Of a stretch of DNA of 36,995 nucleotides, positions 16,700 to 26,559 are shown piece after piece. Both the position numbers and the translations under genes were made by a program. The notes under the pieces are model-generated. The model was not told where the DNA came from, searched no databases, and saw only the letters and a list, made by a program, of their open reading frames with translations. This stretch comes from Candidatus Eiseniibacteriota bacterium (GTDB lineage: Bacteria > Eisenbacteria > RBG-16-71-46 > JAGVPR01). The stretch lies in the NCBI GenBank assembly GCA_020052115.1, contig JAGVPR010000109.1:1-36995 (forward strand). Reading direction: 5' to 3'. Each line of letters starts with the position of its first letter. Within the stretch, counting starts at the first letter, position 1.

Positions 16700-18130
16700 T
16701 TAGAGTTCGAAGTAATCGCCCAGGCGGACGTTGAAACCCTCGGGGTAGTAGGACCCGGTCCGCAAGTCGAGTTGGTAACGCCCTCGATGCGACCCGGCGC
16801 GGATGCGGCGAAGGGCCTGCAGGAGCTGATCAACTTCCTCGTGCGTATTGTAGATACCGAAGGAGGCCCTCACGGCGCCGGGGAGTTCCGAGCGGTCTCC
16901 ACGGCGGATCATTTCCTCGATGCGGCCGGCTTCAGCCTCCGATGTCCCCAGAAGCCGCTTCAGGTACGGATGTGCGCAGAAGCAGCCGTGGCGCACGCCG
17001 ATGCCGGCCTCGTATGAGAGCACGGCGGCCACGAGCGCGTGCGGGATCCCGGCAAGATTGAACGACACGACGCCGAGCCGGTCGCCGGCGTGCTCGGGCT
17101 CCTTCGGCCCCAGAATCTCTACGCCTTCGATCTCGTGAAGGCCCCTGAGGAGAAGTGAGGTCAGCTCCGCCTCGTGCGCGGCGACGGCGTCCATGCCGAT
17201 CTCTTCGAGCACCCGGATCGCCTTGGCCAGCGCGATGCCGCCGACGACGTTCGGGGTGCCGGCTTCTTCGCGGTCGGGAAGGTGGGCCCAGTAGGCATCG
17301 TCGAGGCTCACGATGTCCACCGTGCCGCCGCCCACATACTCCGGGTCGCCGGTGAGGAAGATCTCCCGCGGCCCGATGAGCACGCCGGTCCCGAACGGCG
17401 CATACATCTTGTGCGCGGAGAACGCCAGGAAGTCCAAGTGCGCCGGATCATCCGTCGTTCCCATGCGGAGACGGCGATGCGGCGCGAGTTGGGCGGCGTC
17501 CACGAGGATCATGGCGCCGTGGCGATGAGCGAGCCGCGCCAGCTCTTGGATCGGATTGATGATCCCCGTGATGTTCGATGCGCCCGTGACGGCGAGGAGC
17601 CGCACGCGGCCTTCGTGCTTCTTGAACGCCCTCTCCGCGGCCCCCATGTCGAGGGCGCCTTCATCGGTGACCGGCAGGTGGGCGACGGTCGCTTTGCCGC
17701 GCCACGGAAGATCATTCGAGTGGTGCTCCATGAGCGTCGTCAGGACCACGTCTTCACGGCGAAGCGCCAGGCGGTACGACAGCTTGTTGATCGCCTCCGT
17801 CGCGTTCTTCCCGAAGATGACGACGTGCGTTCGTTGATCGGCGCCCACGAAGGAGGAGACGCACTCGTGTGCCTCGTCGTAGAGGCTCGACGAGAGCCAT
17901 GACTTGAAGCCCGTCCCGCGATGGATGCTCGAGTACCACTCGAGAAAACGGCTCACCGAGTCGAGGACCGGCCTCAGAGCCGGCGTGCTCGCGGCGTTGT
18001 CGAGATTGACGTAGCGGACGCGACGGCCGTCGAGGAGCGGAACGAGCGCATCGAGGCCGACGATCATATCCCGCACGCGAACAAGCGCCGAGGCATCGAG
18101 AGTCCCTGTGGGCTTCAGCATCGAGTCCAT
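16700..18130 (-). CDS. Class V PLP aminotransferase, SufS/CsdA-like cysteine desulfurase or selenocysteine lyase
   Basis: LDNAASTP, SIHRG, EHHSN, DAAQ, SAHKMY (PLP Lys), EAGTPN, RHGCFCA (catalytic Cys loop); RBS GGAGG before the ATG at 18130. Confidence 0.9.
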   Translation of the reverse strand: MDSMLKPTGTLDASALVRVRDMIVGLDALVPLLDGRRVRYVNLDNAASTPALRPVLDSVSRFLEWYSSIHRGTGFKSWLSSSLYDEAHECVSSFVGADQRTHVVIFGKNATEAINKLSYRLALRREDVVLTTLMEHHSNDLPWRGKATVAHLPVTDEGALDMGAAERAFKKHEGRVRLLAVTGASNITGIINPIQELARLAHRHGAMILVDAAQLAPHRRLRMGTTDDPAHLDFLAFSAHKMYAPFGTGVLIGPREIFLTGDPEYVGGGTVDIVSLDDAYWAHLPDREEAGTPNVVGGIALAKAIRVLEEIGMDAVAAHEAELTSLLLRGLHEIEGVEILGPKEPEHAGDRLGVVSFNLAGIPHALVAAVLSYEAGIGVRHGCFCAHPYLKRLLGTSEAEAGRIEEMIRRGDRSELPGAVRASFGIYNTHEEVDQLLQALRRIRAGSHRGRYQLDLRTGSYYPEGFNVRLGDYFEL

Positions 18131-18177
18131 GTCGCCTCCCGATCGCGGGACGAAGGGCGGCTGCGAACGCCGGAGAG

Positions 18178-18207
18178 ACTCTAGCGGGGCGTGTTTGCGG
18201 GTGTCAA
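18178..18207 (-). promoter_or_regulatory. Sigma70-type promoter for the desulfurase-like gene
   Basis: Minus strand TTGACA-N18-TAGAGT. Confidence 0.55.
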
Positions 18208-18252
18208 GGCGCGGACCGGAAAGCGGCGGACCATGAACAGGGGCTTCGTTTC

Positions 18253-18282
18253 TTGACAAGCGGGACTCAAGTGTTGTATCAT
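18253..18282 (+). promoter_or_regulatory. Sigma70-type promoter upstream of the 2635-aa gene
   Basis: TTGACA (18253-18258)-N18-TATCAT (18277-18282). Confidence 0.6.
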
Positions 18283-18588
18283 TAGGTGCTGCAGATCATT
18301 CCCGGCGCACGGCGACCGATCTCATGGGTTTCATGATGACATCATGCGAAGTTCGCGCCCGTTGATTCCGCCTGGACCGGCCTCGATGCGGCCGGCCGTG
18401 ACCCGCCTGCTCATCTCGGGAACTACGGACTTTCGGGTGTCTTGTTCAAAGCGTGCTTCCCGCTCGCAGGACGCTCGCGGACAACGCCCATCGAGTCTCG
18501 ATTCGCACCTCCCGCGCCTGCGCCGTTCCCTTGCATCGTGTCCATCCGCTATTCTTAAAGCCTCCTGCTCCGGCGCGGAGGTTGTCCG

Positions 18589-21500
18589 ATGAAGCCGATC
18601 CCGCTCCTTCTCGGTCTGGCCATGCTGCTTCCGGGCTCCGCGCTCTACGCGCAGAGCGTGGCTCGCTATTTGCCGGTCACGCGAACCACGGGAATCACCT
18701 ACTCATCCATCGCGACCACCGGGTCGAGCTTCTCCGCATGGCGCAACGGGACGAGCACCGACGACAATCGCAGCGCCGCCACCCCGATCGGCTTCACCTT
18801 CTACTACGACGGCCAAGCATTCACGCAGCTCAGCGTCTCGACGAACGGCTTCATCGATCTTTCGGCTTCCGCTGCGATCGGGAACGGGATCGGCGCATTC
18901 GGCTACTCCAACACGCAATTCAGCGCCACGAGCGGGACGCTTCTGGCGATCGCGCCCATGTACGAAGAACTCATCACGGCGGGCAACCCGGGCACGCAGG
19001 CGTCGCTCGACGCCAGCCTCAAGCATGAGCTGTCCGGCTCCGCGCCGAACCGCGTGCTGACCGTCGAGTGGATTGCGCTCGAGGTGCATGAGGACACGGC
19101 GCCCTCCCTGAACTTCCAGGTCAAGCTGCACGAGTCGAGCGGCGTCATCGAGTTCATTTATGGGACGATGACGGCCGGCGCGGGGGTCTATTCGTACACG
19201 ACTGGCATCAACGGGCCCGCGATCTCCGCGGTGCCGGCCGCGAGCGAGCTTCTCACGCTCCAGTTCGCCGATTCCGACAGCTTCAGCGCGACTCCGCAGA
19301 ACGCGCTCTCCGTGATCCCGGAGTCGAACACGATGCTCTCCCTCGTCCCCGAAGAGAACGTCACGCCGGCCCAACCGCGGAATCTCTCCTTCGAGGAACT
19401 CACGCAGAGCTCGTTCAACGTTGTCTGGGCCGACAGCTCCACCACCGAGACTTTCTTCGTCGTCGAGCGCTCGACCGAAGACGGGCCGTACGAGGGTGTG
19501 GGGAACGTCCCCTCGAACTCGGTCGGAGGCCAGGGGACCGCGTACTCGATCGCCCAGGCGGGTCTGTCGCCCGGGACGATGTACGCATACAGGATCACGG
19601 CCAACAACGAGGCCAGCGCGCCTTCGGGGTATCTGGAGGGGAGCCAGACCACGGATCCTCCCGGGGAACTCGTCAGCGTCGCCAGCGGCAACTGGAGCGA
19701 GCCTTCCACCTGGTTGTACGGCCTGGTGCCGAGCCGGAGCGACGACGTCGTGATATCCGACGGGCACACCGTCATCATTGACACTTCGGCCTCCTGCTGG
19801 GATCTCACGATCGGCCAGGGGAACTCGGGTGTGCTCGAATTCGATCCGATCTCGGCGCGAGCCCTCACGGTCGGACACGACGTGAGGATACAAGCGGGAG
19901 GCGAATTCCGCACCGCGTCGTCCGGCAGCACGGTCACGAGCCATCTGCTCCTCGTGAGCGGGGGACTCGTGAACGACGGCACGCTCGATTTCAGCACGAA
20001 TGCGGACCAAGCGGGCGCTTCGATCCGATTCATCTCTTCCGATGATGTCTCCTTCACGGGAGCCGGTCCGACGACCGACGTCCGTTTCGTGACCGTGAAC
20101 AAGGGCACGAGCCGGACCCCCTTGCTGCTTATCACTCCCGGCCATCTCAGCGTGCGGGGCGATACGACCGACGTCGCTGGCTTCATCACCTTGGTGAGCG
20201 GAACGGTGCAGCTGGGCGGCACGTTCTCTCTGACGAATCGGATCTTCACGACGGCCTCGTACGTGATCCCCGTGACATCCGGCCTTTGGCTCAACAACCC
20301 GAACGTGGTCGTGGCGGGTCAGAACGGTTCTCCAACGAACAACGGCCAGATCCGCATCACGCAGGGGACGTTCTTCGTCGGCACCGCGGCGGGGAACACG
20401 ATGGGCGCATCCGCGGGCGCGGAGTTCGTGATCGAGGGCGGAGCGTTCACCTTCGCCGGCCGCCTCGGAACGGCCAGCGCCGTGACCTACAACCAATCCG
20501 GCGGAGTGGTGAGCGTCGCGACCATGGGCAACACCTCCTCAGGTGTCGCGTCCTTCGATCTCAGCTCCACGACTACCAATTACGTCATGAGCGGCGGCAC
20601 GATCGTTCTGGTGCAGCCGAGCACCGCTCCGTCTACGCGCCTCGACTACAAGATCAGCTCGACCGTCACCTCGTTGACCGGAGGAACGCTTCAGATCGGC
20701 AACGGCGCGACGGCTTCCGATGCGCTCTTCAACATCGTCGGTCCGCTTCCGGGTCTGGTCGTGGATAACGGATCCAGCGGCAGAAGGGTCGTGTTGTTCG
20801 CGGGGACGCCGCAGACCAAGGTCTTCGTGAACACGTCTATTCTCCCCGGGGCCACTCTCGATCTGGGCGGCTTCTCTCTTTATCAGCTCGGTGCGGCCTT
20901 CACCAACGATGGAACGCTTGTCGGGTCTACGGCGGGCAGCCGGATCCGATTCCAGGGCGCCGCGGGGCCTCAGACTTACGCCGGCTCCGGCGCGGTGCAA
21001 GGAGCGCTCGACGGCCTCATCGTGGACAACCTCGCGGGCGTGACGATCTCCGCGGGAATCCCGGCGAACCTCCCGGTCCTCCGCGTGGATCTGCTGCGCG
21101 GGCTGCTGGGAAACAGCAACAGGATCACGCTTGGAAACGGCGGCGCCACCTCGGCCGTGACTCAGATCGGCACCGCGGGTCTTGCCGTGACGGCGGGATC
21201 GTATGACCAGGCGCCTGTGTTCAACCCCGGGACTGCGGGTTGCAGCGTTCTCTACATGGAGGAGAATTCGCACAGGACGGCCGGTTTCGAGATCCCGCCG
21301 GGGCGCTCCATCGCGGGGCTCACGATCGCGAATCCGAACGGCGTGACGCTCTCCGGAGGAGGTCTCACGGTGACGGCGGGTCTCACGCTGAACTCGGGCG
21401 TGCTGGCGACGTCGGCGGGCGACCTGCTCACGCTCGCGAACTCCGTGGCCAACCCTGCGGGCGGTTCAGCCCAGAGCTACGTGGACGGTCCGCTTGCGAT

Positions 21501-24500
21501 CGAGTTCAACGTCGCGTCGCCGACGGACCGCGCCTTTGCAATCGGTAAGTCCGGGGCGTTCCGTCCCCTCGTTCTCAAGCAGGTGGATACCGGCGGGGTC
21601 TCTCGCATCTTCACGGCCGAAGTCGTCTCGGGGCCGCCCGGAGGCTCTCCCATCCAGCCGCTCGCGGCGCTCGATCCGGCACGTCACTGGACGATCGCCA
21701 ACACGGAGAATCTGAACGCGGCGGCACGTGTGCGGCTCGCGTTCGGGTCCGACGACGGGGTGGACTCCATCGCTGATGCGCGTGTCGCGCAGGCCTCCTC
21801 CGCCGGCGGGAGCTTCCTGACCCTCGGCGGCACGGCCACGGGCGATCCGGCGTCTGGCGTCGTGGAATCCACCGCGGATCTCACGCCCGGCGCGGGCTTC
21901 TTCACCATCGGCCTCGAATTCCCGCCGGTCACCTGGGACGGGGGCGCGAGCACGACGTTCTGGGGTGACGGCGCCAACTGGAACCCCGATGGCGTGCCCA
22001 CGAGTTCCGAGGACGTCTCGCTGAGCGCCGCCTCCCCCACGACCATCCAAGTCAACGGGAGCTTCGCATGCGACGTGCTGGCCATCGGGGACAGCATTGC
22101 GGTCGAATTCGGTTCCGGATCGCTGGACGCGGGAGGCGCGTTCACCCAGCTCGGCGGAATCGTGCACCTGGAAGCCGGCGTCCTGCGCGTTTCGGGTTCC
22201 TCGCTCCTTTCCGGGGGCGATCTCTACACCGACTCCGGGGAACTTCAGGCGGCGGGCGTGATGACGATCTCCGGCGGCACGGCGCATCTTGCGGGTTCGG
22301 GACGTCTTCTTGCCGAGGGGAATCTCTCATTGGAGGGCGGGGCGGTCGTCGTCGGCGATGGAACGATCGAGATGCGCGGGGCGTTCTCCAGAGTCGCCGG
22401 CTCGTTCGATGCGGGCACCGGCGCGACGGTGTTCTCGGGCTCCATCCCGCAGAGCATCGGCGGGGGTGTCACGCATCATCGTCTCGTGCTTCGCGGCGCG
22501 GGCGCGAAGGTCTTCGCGGCCGGCGCCGAATTCACCGTCGCTGACGATTTCACGGTCGAGAGCAGCGCACAGGTCGCGCTGAGCGACACGACGCCCACCA
22601 CGATCGCCGTAGGCGGCGATCTCCAGTACGGAGGTCTCGGCGGCGGAAGCCACGTCGGCCGCCTCACGGTGAACCTCACGGGCGCCGGGAAGATGATCGG
22701 CGGATCGGCCATGAAACGTGCCGGTTCCGCACGCCTGCCGGGTGGAATCACGGGCGTCGTGCTGAATCACCTCACGGATCCGCGGGAGATCTCGGTGGAA
22801 ACGGCGCGCGATGGGACGAAGAGCCGGTCGGGTCTGCGAAACACCTACTCCCAAAGGGCGGCCGATGTCGCGACTCTGATGGCCGCGGCCGCCAGGGATG
22901 CGCGCGTCACCTTGAATCTCGACGACGCGACGCTCGTGCGGAATCCCGTGGGGCTGGGATGGCTCTCGCCGCCGGCTCCGTTCGAGATGGCTGTCACCGT
23001 CGCCGCGGGAGCGTCCTACTCGCTCGAGGACGATGTCACGATCGGTTCCGGGCGGGAGTTCACCGTGAACGGCCGTCTCGATTGCGGGTCGTTCGCGCTC
23101 GGGGGCGACGGGGCCGTCGTTGTCGCGCCGGACGGGGTGCTCGCCACCGCGACGGCGGACACCAGCGGGCTCGCGGCCACGGTGCTTGCCGCGGGACCGA
23201 ACCGCTACGACGACGGAGCGATCATCGAGTACGGCGCCGCCGGGGATCAGACGATCAACGCCGCCAACCATCCTGCCTCGGCGATGATCTACACGGCCGG
23301 CGGCGGCATCAAGACGCTGAGCGGCGACATGACGATCACGGGAGGCTCGGGCCCCGCGCTCACCAAGGGCGCGCTCTTCGTGGGCCCCGGAACTGTCTTC
23401 GCCGACGGCGCGCACCGGCTGAGCTTCGCGACGAGCGACTTCGCGAACGTGATCGTCGAAGGCGACTATTCCTCTTCGGGGGCCGGCTCTCTTTCTTACG
23501 AGTCGGGGGCTTACCTCTCGAACATCTTGGCCGCGGACAGCACCGCGTTCGGTGATCTCTTCCTGAACTTCGATTCCTCCACGCAGGCCGTCGAGTTGAA
23601 CGCCGCCGACACGGTGGGCGTGAGCTTCCGGAACATCACGTTCGGGGGCGCAGCCGGAGGCGGCGCCGCGGGCGGCACCCTCCGGCTCAACGAGACGGGC
23701 ATCACGAATGTCACGGTCACCGGCGGCGTAATGCTGTCTCCCGCCGTGGCGGCCAACACGGGCGGGGGTTTCGGGGGGACGGTCTCCACGACGGGAACGG
23801 TTCTCGTGCTCGGCGACATCGTCTCCACGAGCGTTGAGGCAACGCAGCCGATCCTGGACGGGACCGGCGAGAACACGCTGGTGCTGGGCGGAACCGCGGG
23901 GACGCAGAATCTCTCGCTCGCGGCGAGCGCGACGCTGTTCCCCGGCTCGACCCTGCGCGTGGCGAATGCATCCGGTGTAGAGCTTGCCGGAGCGGGCCTC
24001 GGCTACGGAATCGGCGGAACCCTGGATCTAGAAGGCGGCAACGTGACGACCGGCGGGAACACGCTGGCGATCGCCGGGGCGGGGACGCTCACCCGCGTCT
24101 CGGGGCATGTGGTCGGCAATCTCCGCAAGAACGTCGGCGCGGGACTGGGCCCCGCGGTGACGTTCGAGATCGGCACCGGCGGCGACTACACGCCGGTCGA
24201 AGCGGTCTTCGACACCGTCAGCGCGGGCGGCGAGCTCGCCGCGACGGTCGCGGCCGCAGATCATCCGCTCCTCGCTGCATCCGGGCTCGATGTCTCGAAG
24301 ACCGCGAACCGCACCTGGACTCTGACCGGTCCGGATCTCGGCTTCTCGGGAGGCAACGCGACCTTCCATTTCGTCCCCGGCGACCTGGATCCCGGCGCCG
24401 ATCCGGACAGCTTCATGGTGGTGAGGCGCGGGCCGGCATCCTGGTCGTTCGAGTCCGTCGGCGTCCGGACTCCGGCGGCGACGCAGGCGACGGGGTTCGC

Positions 24501-26496
24501 GGCGCTCGGGGACTTCGCGGTCGGCCAGGGCGATGTCTTCTCGATCACCGCCACAGCGGGTCCGAGCGGAACGGTTGACCCACTGGGTGTCGTGAGTCTG
24601 CCCGCCGGATCCGACAGCTCGTTCACGATGCTCCCGGATCCGGGCTATCACGTGGCGGACGTGCTCGTGGATTCCACATCCGTCGGCGCGGTGAACCTCT
24701 ATACATTCTCGAGCATCGTCTCGGACCACACGATCCACGCGACCTTCGAGGAAGATTCGGACCTCGTCGAGGCGCGTCCGCTTGAGGGCATCTGCATCTC
24801 GAGCGCGACTCCGTGCGTGGAAGTGCCCGTGATGATCGAGCGGATGACTTCCACGCCGCTTCGCAGCTTCAGCGTTACGCTTCAGCTCGGCGCAGGGCTG
24901 GAACTCTGCAGTGGGCCGGATACCACCAACATCGTCGAGGGCACGTACCTGAGCAGCTACGGCGTCGAAACGGCCTTCTATGTGGTGTCCAACGGCGGCG
25001 GCTCCTACACCGTGGACGGAAGCATCCTCGGCTGGCCGTGCGGCCAGACCGGGGACGGGACGATCCTCTCGATCTTCGTCGCGAGCACCGCTCCCGGCGG
25101 GACCGGCACGATCACCATCACGGAGGTCCTCCTTCGCGACTGCGTCAACGGCCCCATCTTGGCCTGGCCGGGCGCCGTCGCCGCCGTCGAGATAGACAAC
25201 ACGCCCCCGGTCGCCGTCTCGAACGTCACTGCCGTCCAGGTGAAGACCGGCAACGACGCCGACGGCACGACCAAGATCAGCGTGACGTTCACGCCGCCCG
25301 CGGACGCCGTCGAAGTGGAGGTCTATCGCGCGGCCTTCGGCAACTACCCGGAATACGACGATCCGCCGGACGCGGGGTCCGAGCCCGCGGCGCCCGCGTA
25401 TCCGCCCGGCGCGCCGTGGCTCCCGACCGGCGTGACGGCGAGCGGGCAGACGGACGAGCCGCCGATGCGCGGTTTCTGGTACTACGTGGCCTTCGCGAAG
25501 GATGGGTGCGGTAACCCCTCACCGGTGTCGGCGCGGACGCCGGGCACGCTGAACTACCACCTCGGCGACGTTCACGACGCGTCGGTCGAGTGCGCCGGCG
25601 ACAACGCCGTGAGCGCGGCGGACATCAGCTTCCTCAGCGCGCACTACGGCGCGGCGCTCGGCGAAGCCGACACGCTGGGCTGCCTGGATGTGGGGCCCAC
25701 CCAGGATCTATGGGTGAACGCGCGCCCGCTGACCGACAACTGGATCCAGTTCGAGGATCTCATGATGTTCGCGATCAACTACGGCGCCTTGTCGAAGGGC
25801 ATGACGAAGCCTCCGCCCGCGGCGGTGGACGAGCTGACGCTGGAGGCGCCGGGTGAAGTGGAAGAGGGCGCGTTCGTGACGGCGAAGATCTTCGCCCGGG
25901 GCACCGGGCTCGTGCAGGGGCTGTCGGTGTCGCTCGCGTGGAACGCGGGCGTCGTCGAGCCCGTCAGCATGGTCCCGGGTGATCTGATCGGCCCCAACGG
26001 CGCGGTCGCCTTCACGCCGGCCCCAGGGACGGTGGACGCCGCCGTCCTCGGTGTCGCACAGGGTGGTTTCACGGGCGAGGGCTACCTTGCCGAGGTGACC
26101 TTCCACGCCATTGCCGCCGGCGAGCCGGGCTTCGGGATCGCATCGGTGGATGCCCGCGACGAGTTCAATCACACGGTCGCGATCGGCGTCGTCGTCGGCG
26201 CGCCGCAGCCCACGCCGCGGGTCACGGCGCTGATCGGGTGCGCGCCGAATCCATTCGTTCCGATGACGACGGTGCGCTACAGTCTGGCGCAGAGCGGGCC
26301 GGTCGATCTGACGGTCTTCTCGGTGGACGGCCGTCGAGTGCGCACGCTCGCGAGCGGCGTGCGGCCGGCCGGTGAACACCGCGTCACGTGGGACGGATTG
26401 GACGAGCGCGGTGCGAGAGTGTCCTCAGGGGTCTATTTCGCGCGTTTCAGGGCCGCAGGCGTGACGCACACGCGCTCGGTGACGCTGCTGAGATAG
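18589..26496 (+). CDS. Giant secreted modular surface protein (FN3, G8-like/beta-helix repeats, InlB-B-like repeat, cohesin-like, dockerin-like, FlgD-Ig C-terminal domain)
   Basis: RBS GGAGG; signal peptide ending ALYA-Q; FN3 (PAQPRNL...GLSPGTMYAYRITA); SGNWSEPSTW and TWDGG...WGDGANW motifs; long Gly/Thr/Ser-rich beta-solenoid-like regions; ITATAGPSGTVDP...PDPGYHVADVLVD; C-terminal PNPF...SVDGRRVRTL...WDG...SGVYFARF. Confidence 0.85.
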   Translation: MKPIPLLLGLAMLLPGSALYAQSVARYLPVTRTTGITYSSIATTGSSFSAWRNGTSTDDNRSAATPIGFTFYYDGQAFTQLSVSTNGFIDLSASAAIGNGIGAFGYSNTQFSATSGTLLAIAPMYEELITAGNPGTQASLDASLKHELSGSAPNRVLTVEWIALEVHEDTAPSLNFQVKLHESSGVIEFIYGTMTAGAGVYSYTTGINGPAISAVPAASELLTLQFADSDSFSATPQNALSVIPESNTMLSLVPEENVTPAQPRNLSFEELTQSSFNVVWADSSTTETFFVVERSTEDGPYEGVGNVPSNSVGGQGTAYSIAQAGLSPGTMYAYRITANNEASAPSGYLEGSQTTDPPGELVSVASGNWSEPSTWLYGLVPSRSDDVVISDGHTVIIDTSASCWDLTIGQGNSGVLEFDPISARALTVGHDVRIQAGGEFRTASSGSTVTSHLLLVSGGLVNDGTLDFSTNADQAGASIRFISSDDVSFTGAGPTTDVRFVTVNKGTSRTPLLLITPGHLSVRGDTTDVAGFITLVSGTVQLGGTFSLTNRIFTTASYVIPVTSGLWLNNPNVVVAGQNGSPTNNGQIRITQGTFFVGTAAGNTMGASAGAEFVIEGGAFTFAGRLGTASAVTYNQSGGVVSVATMGNTSSGVASFDLSSTTTNYVMSGGTIVLVQPSTAPSTRLDYKISSTVTSLTGGTLQIGNGATASDALFNIVGPLPGLVVDNGSSGRRVVLFAGTPQTKVFVNTSILPGATLDLGGFSLYQLGAAFTNDGTLVGSTAGSRIRFQGAAGPQTYAGSGAVQGALDGLIVDNLAGVTISAGIPANLPVLRVDLLRGLLGNSNRITLGNGGATSAVTQIGTAGLAVTAGSYDQAPVFNPGTAGCSVLYMEENSHRTAGFEIPPGRSIAGLTIANPNGVTLSGGGLTVTAGLTLNSGVLATSAGDLLTLANSVANPAGGSAQSYVDGPLAIEFNVASPTDRAFAIGKSGAFRPLVLKQVDTGGVSRIFTAEVVSGPPGGSPIQPLAALDPARHWTIANTENLNAAARVRLAFGSDDGVDSIADARVAQASSAGGSFLTLGGTATGDPASGVVESTADLTPGAGFFTIGLEFPPVTWDGGASTTFWGDGANWNPDGVPTSSEDVSLSAASPTTIQVNGSFACDVLAIGDSIAVEFGSGSLDAGGAFTQLGGIVHLEAGVLRVSGSSLLSGGDLYTDSGELQAAGVMTISGGTAHLAGSGRLLAEGNLSLEGGAVVVGDGTIEMRGAFSRVAGSFDAGTGATVFSGSIPQSIGGGVTHHRLVLRGAGAKVFAAGAEFTVADDFTVESSAQVALSDTTPTTIAVGGDLQYGGLGGGSHVGRLTVNLTGAGKMIGGSAMKRAGSARLPGGITGVVLNHLTDPREISVETARDGTKSRSGLRNTYSQRAADVATLMAAAARDARVTLNLDDATLVRNPVGLGWLSPPAPFEMAVTVAAGASYSLEDDVTIGSGREFTVNGRLDCGSFALGGDGAVVVAPDGVLATATADTSGLAATVLAAGPNRYDDGAIIEYGAAGDQTINAANHPASAMIYTAGGGIKTLSGDMTITGGSGPALTKGALFVGPGTVFADGAHRLSFATSDFANVIVEGDYSSSGAGSLSYESGAYLSNILAADSTAFGDLFLNFDSSTQAVELNAADTVGVSFRNITFGGAAGGGAAGGTLRLNETGITNVTVTGGVMLSPAVAANTGGGFGGTVSTTGTVLVLGDIVSTSVEATQPILDGTGENTLVLGGTAGTQNLSLAASATLFPGSTLRVANASGVELAGAGLGYGIGGTLDLEGGNVTTGGNTLAIAGAGTLTRVSGHVVGNLRKNVGAGLGPAVTFEIGTGGDYTPVEAVFDTVSAGGELAATVAAADHPLLAASGLDVSKTANRTWTLTGPDLGFSGGNATFHFVPGDLDPGADPDSFMVVRRGPASWSFESVGVRTPAATQATGFAALGDFAVGQGDVFSITATAGPSGTVDPLGVVSLPAGSDSSFTMLPDPGYHVADVLVDSTSVGAVNLYTFSSIVSDHTIHATFEEDSDLVEARPLEGICISSATPCVEVPVMIERMTSTPLRSFSVTLQLGAGLELCSGPDTTNIVEGTYLSSYGVETAFYVVSNGGGSYTVDGSILGWPCGQTGDGTILSIFVASTAPGGTGTITITEVLLRDCVNGPILAWPGAVAAVEIDNTPPVAVSNVTAVQVKTGNDADGTTKISVTFTPPADAVEVEVYRAAFGNYPEYDDPPDAGSEPAAPAYPPGAPWLPTGVTASGQTDEPPMRGFWYYVAFAKDGCGNPSPVSARTPGTLNYHLGDVHDASVECAGDNAVSAADISFLSAHYGAALGEADTLGCLDVGPTQDLWVNARPLTDNWIQFEDLMMFAINYGALSKGMTKPPPAAVDELTLEAPGEVEEGAFVTAKIFARGTGLVQGLSVSLAWNAGVVEPVSMVPGDLIGPNGAVAFTPAPGTVDAAVLGVAQGGFTGEGYLAEVTFHAIAAGEPGFGIASVDARDEFNHTVAIGVVVGAPQPTPRVTALIGCAPNPFVPMTTVRYSLAQSGPVDLTVFSVDGRRVRTLASGVRPAGEHRVTWDGLDERGARVSSGVYFARFRAAGVTHTRSVTLLR

Positions 26497-26559
26497 AGGG
26501 CGCCCGCACCGGCGCCTGCCCATCGTCAGCCAAGGTCCTCTCGCAAAGGAGCTCCGGTC

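Noticed and set aside
18253-18270. TTGA...TCAA as an FNR/CRP box
   Set aside because: The spacing is 10 nt rather than the canonical 6; TTGACA is better read as a -35.
22700-22980. Intein in the giant protein
   Set aside because: No C/S start with HN-(C/S/T) end and no TxxH block; inteins are also unlikely in secreted proteins.
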